The notes beneath the pieces are model-generated. The model was not told where the DNA came from and searched no databases. It saw nothing but the letters and a program-made list of their open reading frames with translations. A stretch of 64,000 bases of DNA. It comes from Bacillota bacterium (lineage in GTDB: Bacteria; Bacillota; Sulfobacillia; Symbiobacteriales; Symbiobacteriaceae). This document shows, one piece after another, positions 60,955 through 64,000 of this stretch (its first letter is position 1; every line of letters starts with the position of its first letter). A program made the position numbers and the translations under genes. The stretch lies in contig JBMONB010000083.1 of NCBI GenBank assembly GCA_049325315.1, positions 156,257-220,256 on the forward strand, given 5' to 3'.

Positions 60955-62181
60955 TTGCGCAGGTCTTTCGCGATCCTGACGATTTTCGTCCTTCTCCTGA
61001 GCCTGACCGCCACCGTTTCAGCAGGGCAGCCCGCCGATGATGGCGTCCGTATCCTCCTCTCCGCCAGCAACGCAAAGGCTGCCGGCGTCGCTGTCCGAAA
61101 CCAGTTTGGCGCCAAGGTCTCGGCCCATGTAACGCAGGCCCAGCTGCAGGCGCTGCAGCGGCGCGGGATCGCCTACGAACTGGTCGAGATCATCGCGCTC
61201 GAGCCCGATCCCGGCGTGTCCTCCTTTGACGCCAAGGTGATGAAGCTGACCGATTCTAAGTCTACGCCGCCCACCCAGGTCCCCTGGGGCGTCAAGGCGA
61301 TCTACGGCGACCCCTCCCTGACCCCTTCCGGTGTCAACGGCGGGGCGGGCGTGGTGGTGGCGGTGCTGGACACCGGCAGCGAGAACCACGCTGACTTCAC
61401 CCGGGGTGATGGCTCCAGCGTCATCACCGGCTGCGTGGACTTTACGTCTAAGAAGGCCCCCATCATCGAGGGGAGCTGCAGCGACGGCCATGGTCACGGC
61501 ACCCATGTGACCGGTACCGTCGCCGCTGCCGGCGGTTCCACCGGCCAGGGCATCTTCGGGGTGGCGCCGGGCGCCTCCATCTGGAGCTACAAGGTGATCA
61601 CCGACAAGGGCGGCGGCTATGCCGACGACATCGCCCTGGGCATCAAGACCGCGGCTGACCGCGGGGCCCAGATCATCACCATGTCCTTCGGCACCTCCTC
61701 CATCGTCCCGCTGATCCAGGAGGCCATCATGCACGCCCACAACAAGGGTGTGCTGCTGATCGCTGCGGCGGGCAACGCCGGGCCTGATCCGGACACCATC
61801 GCCTACCCTGCCGCCTTCAAGGAGGTGGTGGCGGTGGCTGCCCTCAACCCCGACGAATCGGTTGCCTGGTTCTCCAGCCGCGGGATCACCGACGGCAACG
61901 ACGGGTCGATCACCGACCGGGAGGTCGAGGTTGCGGCCCCGGGTGTCGATGTCATCTCCACCTCGTACAAGGGTGGGTATACCATGAAGAGCGGCACCTC
62001 CATGGCCGCCCCCCACATCGCCGGTCTGGCGGCCAAGGGCTGGGCGGGCACCGCCGCCGAGACCCGCTCCTGGCTGGTGAGCCAGGCGAATGCGCACGAC
62101 GCCACAACCGGCTACGACATCGCCTCGGGCTACGGCCTGCCGCAGGTGAACGTGCTGAAGCAGGCGCTCTGGGTCGATTAA
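60955..62181 (+). CDS. Secreted S8 family serine peptidase (subtilisin-like)
   Basis: TTG at 60955 with SD GAAGGAGGGG 5 nt upstream (the ATG at 60934 is an alternative). Signal peptide RRSFAILTIFVLLLSLTATVSA. Catalytic triad blocks VAVLDTGS, HGHGTHVTGT and SGTSMAAPHIAGLAA. Confidence 0.85.
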   Translation: MRRSFAILTIFVLLLSLTATVSAGQPADDGVRILLSASNAKAAGVAVRNQFGAKVSAHVTQAQLQALQRRGIAYELVEIIALEPDPGVSSFDAKVMKLTDSKSTPPTQVPWGVKAIYGDPSLTPSGVNGGAGVVVAVLDTGSENHADFTRGDGSSVITGCVDFTSKKAPIIEGSCSDGHGHGTHVTGTVAAAGGSTGQGIFGVAPGASIWSYKVITDKGGGYADDIALGIKTAADRGAQIITMSFGTSSIVPLIQEAIMHAHNKGVLLIAAAGNAGPDPDTIAYPAAFKEVVAVAALNPDESVAWFSSRGITDGNDGSITDREVEVAAPGVDVISTSYKGGYTMKSGTSMAAPHIAGLAAKGWAGTAAETRSWLVSQANAHDATTGYDIASGYGLPQVNVLKQALWVD

Positions 62182-62195
62182 ACCGAACCTTGTCA

Positions 62196-62220
62196 GGCCC
62201 GCCACGATCTGTGGCGGGCC
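62196..62220 (+). terminator. Terminator hairpin after the subtilisin gene
   Basis: A 10-bp stem GGCCCGCCAC / GTGGCGGGCC with a 5-nt loop. The T-tract is weak. Confidence 0.6.
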
Positions 62221-62361
62221 GACTTGTCATATCTCAAACGCGTCTCCTTTCGTCTAAACTGCTGCTTGAGCAAAAGGGAACCCTAGGGGCGAGGGCGAAT
62301 CAGACTCCTGGTCCACGAGCGCCACCCTGCCTCACGGCAGACCACTGGAAGGATGAGAAGC

Positions 62362-62781
62362 ATGCCGCATCGGGCAACAATGACCTGGAACGGAAACGGA
62401 TACTCCTTTGACGCCACCACAGGGGGCGGCTTTGAGATGCAGATCGGTATCGATGGCGAGGGTAATCCGGTAGGCGCACGGGCCAAGGAACTGGTAGCCC
62501 TCGGGGTCGGGGCCTGCAGCGGCACCAACCTGGTCTCCCTCATGAAGAAGATGCGCCAGCAGGTGGAGAAGATCGAGATCAGCGTCGAGGCCGAGCAGGC
62601 TGAGACCGATCCCCAGGTCTTTACCCATGTGATCACGCACTATAAGTTGTATGGGAAGGGTATCGACCCGGCTAAGGTAAAGAAGGCACTGGACTACATC
62701 GAAGAGAAGTATTGCGGCGTGCTTCATATGGTGAACAAGACTGCCAAGACGGAGTACGCCTTCGAGATTGTGGAGGTTTAA
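62362..62781 (+). CDS. OsmC/Ohr family peroxiredoxin-like protein
   Basis: ATG at 62362 with SD GGAAGGA 8 nt upstream. It has the two conserved Cys contexts (GVGACSGTN and KYCGVLHM). Confidence 0.8.
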   Translation: MPHRATMTWNGNGYSFDATTGGGFEMQIGIDGEGNPVGARAKELVALGVGACSGTNLVSLMKKMRQQVEKIEISVEAEQAETDPQVFTHVITHYKLYGKGIDPAKVKKALDYIEEKYCGVLHMVNKTAKTEYAFEIVEV

Positions 62782-63819
62782 ATGCGTCTGCTTTGGTACC
62801 TGCACAACCAGACCAGCCTCTTCACCAAGGTGCTGGTGGCGAACGGCATGATCGTTCTGGCCGGAGCGGTGTCGGCGGTGCTGATCGCCACCCACTTCTG
62901 GCAGGGCGAGGCGCCGTCGCCGGCCTGGGAGTTCGCCCTGATCGGCATCGGGCTGCTGGTCTCGCTGGGGGTCAACTACGCTATTTTGCGGGTGGCCTTC
63001 CGGCCGCTCTTTACCCTGCAGGCCACCCTGGACCGGGTCCGGCGGGGCGACTTCTCCGCCCGCGTTCCTGCGACAGAGGGAGACCCCGACATCGCCCGGG
63101 TCACCGAGATGGCCAACCTCATGCTCGATCGCCTGGCGGAGCATCGCCAGGCGGTGGCCGCCCAGATCCTCCGGGCGCAGGAGGAGGAGCGCAAGCGCAT
63201 CGCACGCGAGCTGCACGATGAGACCGCACAATCGCTGACCTCGATCGTGGTCAGCCTGGAAGCGGTGGAGCAGCAGTTCGGCCCGGAGGCGATCGACGAG
63301 TCGCTGCTCGGCCGTCTGCGCCACACCAAAGAGATCGCCCAGCGCACCTTAGACGAAACCCGGCGGCTCATGTTTGACCTCCGCCCGTCGGTGCTCGACG
63401 ATCTGGGCCTGGTACCGGCGCTGCGCTGGTTTATCAGCCAGCGGGTGCTCGCGGTGGGGCTGCAGGCCGACTTCCAGACCAGCGGGCTCGATGAGCGGCT
63501 GCCCGAGGAGTTGGAGACGGCGCTCTTTCGGGTGATGCAGGAGGCGATTACCAACAGCGTAAAGCACGCCAGGGCCAAGTCGCTCCGGGTCCAACTCAGC
63601 CGGGAGGATGACCGGATCGTGGGCGTCGTGGCCGATGACGGGCAGGGGTTTCATCCGGTCCATGTGGCGGGCAAGCCCGACAAGGACCGGGGTCTCGGAC
63701 TCTTCGGCATGCAGGAGCGGGCAGTGCTGGTGGGGGGCACCGTTACGGTGGAATCAGCACCAGGGCGGGGGACTACGGTTCGGGTCAGCGTACCCAACCG
63801 CAAAGGGGGCAGCAACTAG
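62782..63819 (+). CDS. Sensor histidine kinase, HisKA_3 / NarX-LiaS type
   Basis: Two N-terminal TM helices and a HAMP-like segment. H-box ELHDETAQSLTSI, N-box EAITNSVKHA and G-boxes DDGQGF / GLGLFGMQERA. It starts 1 nt after the OsmC stop. Confidence 0.85.
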   Translation: MRLLWYLHNQTSLFTKVLVANGMIVLAGAVSAVLIATHFWQGEAPSPAWEFALIGIGLLVSLGVNYAILRVAFRPLFTLQATLDRVRRGDFSARVPATEGDPDIARVTEMANLMLDRLAEHRQAVAAQILRAQEEERKRIARELHDETAQSLTSIVVSLEAVEQQFGPEAIDESLLGRLRHTKEIAQRTLDETRRLMFDLRPSVLDDLGLVPALRWFISQRVLAVGLQADFQTSGLDERLPEELETALFRVMQEAITNSVKHARAKSLRVQLSREDDRIVGVVADDGQGFHPVHVAGKPDKDRGLGLFGMQERAVLVGGTVTVESAPGRGTTVRVSVPNRKGGSN

Positions 63820-64000
63820 TGGGGAATATTCGCGTTCTACTGGTCGATGATCATGCGATTTTGCGGGAAGGGATTCGCTATCTTCTCTCCGCCAGCGGCG
63901 AGGTCGATGTGGTTGGCGAGGCGCAAGATGGTGTCGAAGCGCTGGAGATGGTCGAACGGCTGAAGCCCGACGCCGTGCTGATGGATATCGCCATGCCGCG
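63819..64000 (+). CDS. NarL/LuxR-family response regulator, 3' end outside the window
   Basis: GTG overlaps the kinase stop (TAGTG). The receiver N-terminus is NIRVLLVDDHAILREGIRYLL...LKPDAVLMDIAMP. Confidence 0.8.
   Translation, partial: MGNIRVLLVDDHAILREGIRYLLSASGEVDVVGEAQDGVEALEMVERLKPDAVLMDIAMP

Noticed and set aside
1-64000. A search by eye for rRNA, tRNA, tmRNA, riboswitches (TPP, lysine, T-box), CRISPR arrays, intact IS elements and prophage genes.
   Set aside because: None was found. All intergenic gaps over 100 nt were read, and they contain only promoters, palindromes and hairpins. A TPP riboswitch, if any, would lie upstream of the window, because the thi operon is already in coding sequence at nt 1. 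A covariance-model scan (Infernal/tRNAscan) is needed to confirm this.

Overview
A 64-kb window of a high-G+C chromosome. Sampled 60-nt lines count about 70% G+C in core genes. The gene content looks Firmicutes-like: Bacillus-type IspH, ClpP, DUF1450/YuzB-like protein, ThiW and strong GGAGG ribosome-binding sites. The taxon cannot be verified from here. I saw no rRNA, tRNA or CRISPR array. Because of the G+C content, most long track ORFs have spurious R/G/P/A-rich mirror ORFs on the opposite strand, so I called the strand carrying recognisable motifs and Shine-Dalgarno (SD) sites. Contents in order:
- 1-7032: a thiamine salvage/biosynthesis operon (thiZXY-like ABC importer, M20 deformylase-like gene, tenA, thiD, fused thiM-thiE, thiW).
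- 7096-9018: two tandem double-GNAT paralogs.
- 9134-13456: a 1440-aa Lhr-type helicase.
- 13522-13662: an unusual repeat-flanked divergent promoter region, followed by an Lrp/AsnC plus LysE pair.
- About 14.8-18.7 kb: an accessory islet with a 28-aa hydrophobic ORF behind a consensus promoter, a disordered 120-aa protein, a membrane-anchored NERD protein, a TPR protein, a double-HTH XRE regulator and a small 2-TM protein.
- Three S9 peptidase paralogs, and kynA.
- An SQR / DUF1641-like / DsrE / TusA sulfur operon with operator-like palindromes.
- A ChbG / GPH-transporter / HD-half operon, and an amidinotransferase-fold enzyme.
- 33.4-36.6 kb: a low-G+C (about 47% in sampled lines) island next to a decayed transposase. 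It encodes three exported proteins, including a Cys-rich M23 peptidase.
- An ECF sigma / anti-sigma pair whose promoter motif recurs upstream of an S8-like lipoprotein gene.
- A class V aminotransferase, a His-rich mini-protein, ispH, Nudix, SDR, an S8 protease, a fused M16 peptidase, clpP, an amidase and a class-A beta-lactamase-like hydrolase.
- A napC-napD-napA-napH::napG periplasmic-type nitrate reductase operon with a perfect TGTGA-N6-TCACA site upstream.
- An M24 peptidase, a secreted subtilisin, OsmC, and a HisKA_3 kinase / NarL-type regulator pair (3' end truncated).
No known defence system is recognisable. The best candidates for something undescribed are the 14.8-18.7 kb islet, the low-G+C exported-protein island, and the opposed CGGATT repeat arrays. 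All are hypotheses that need database and experimental checks.
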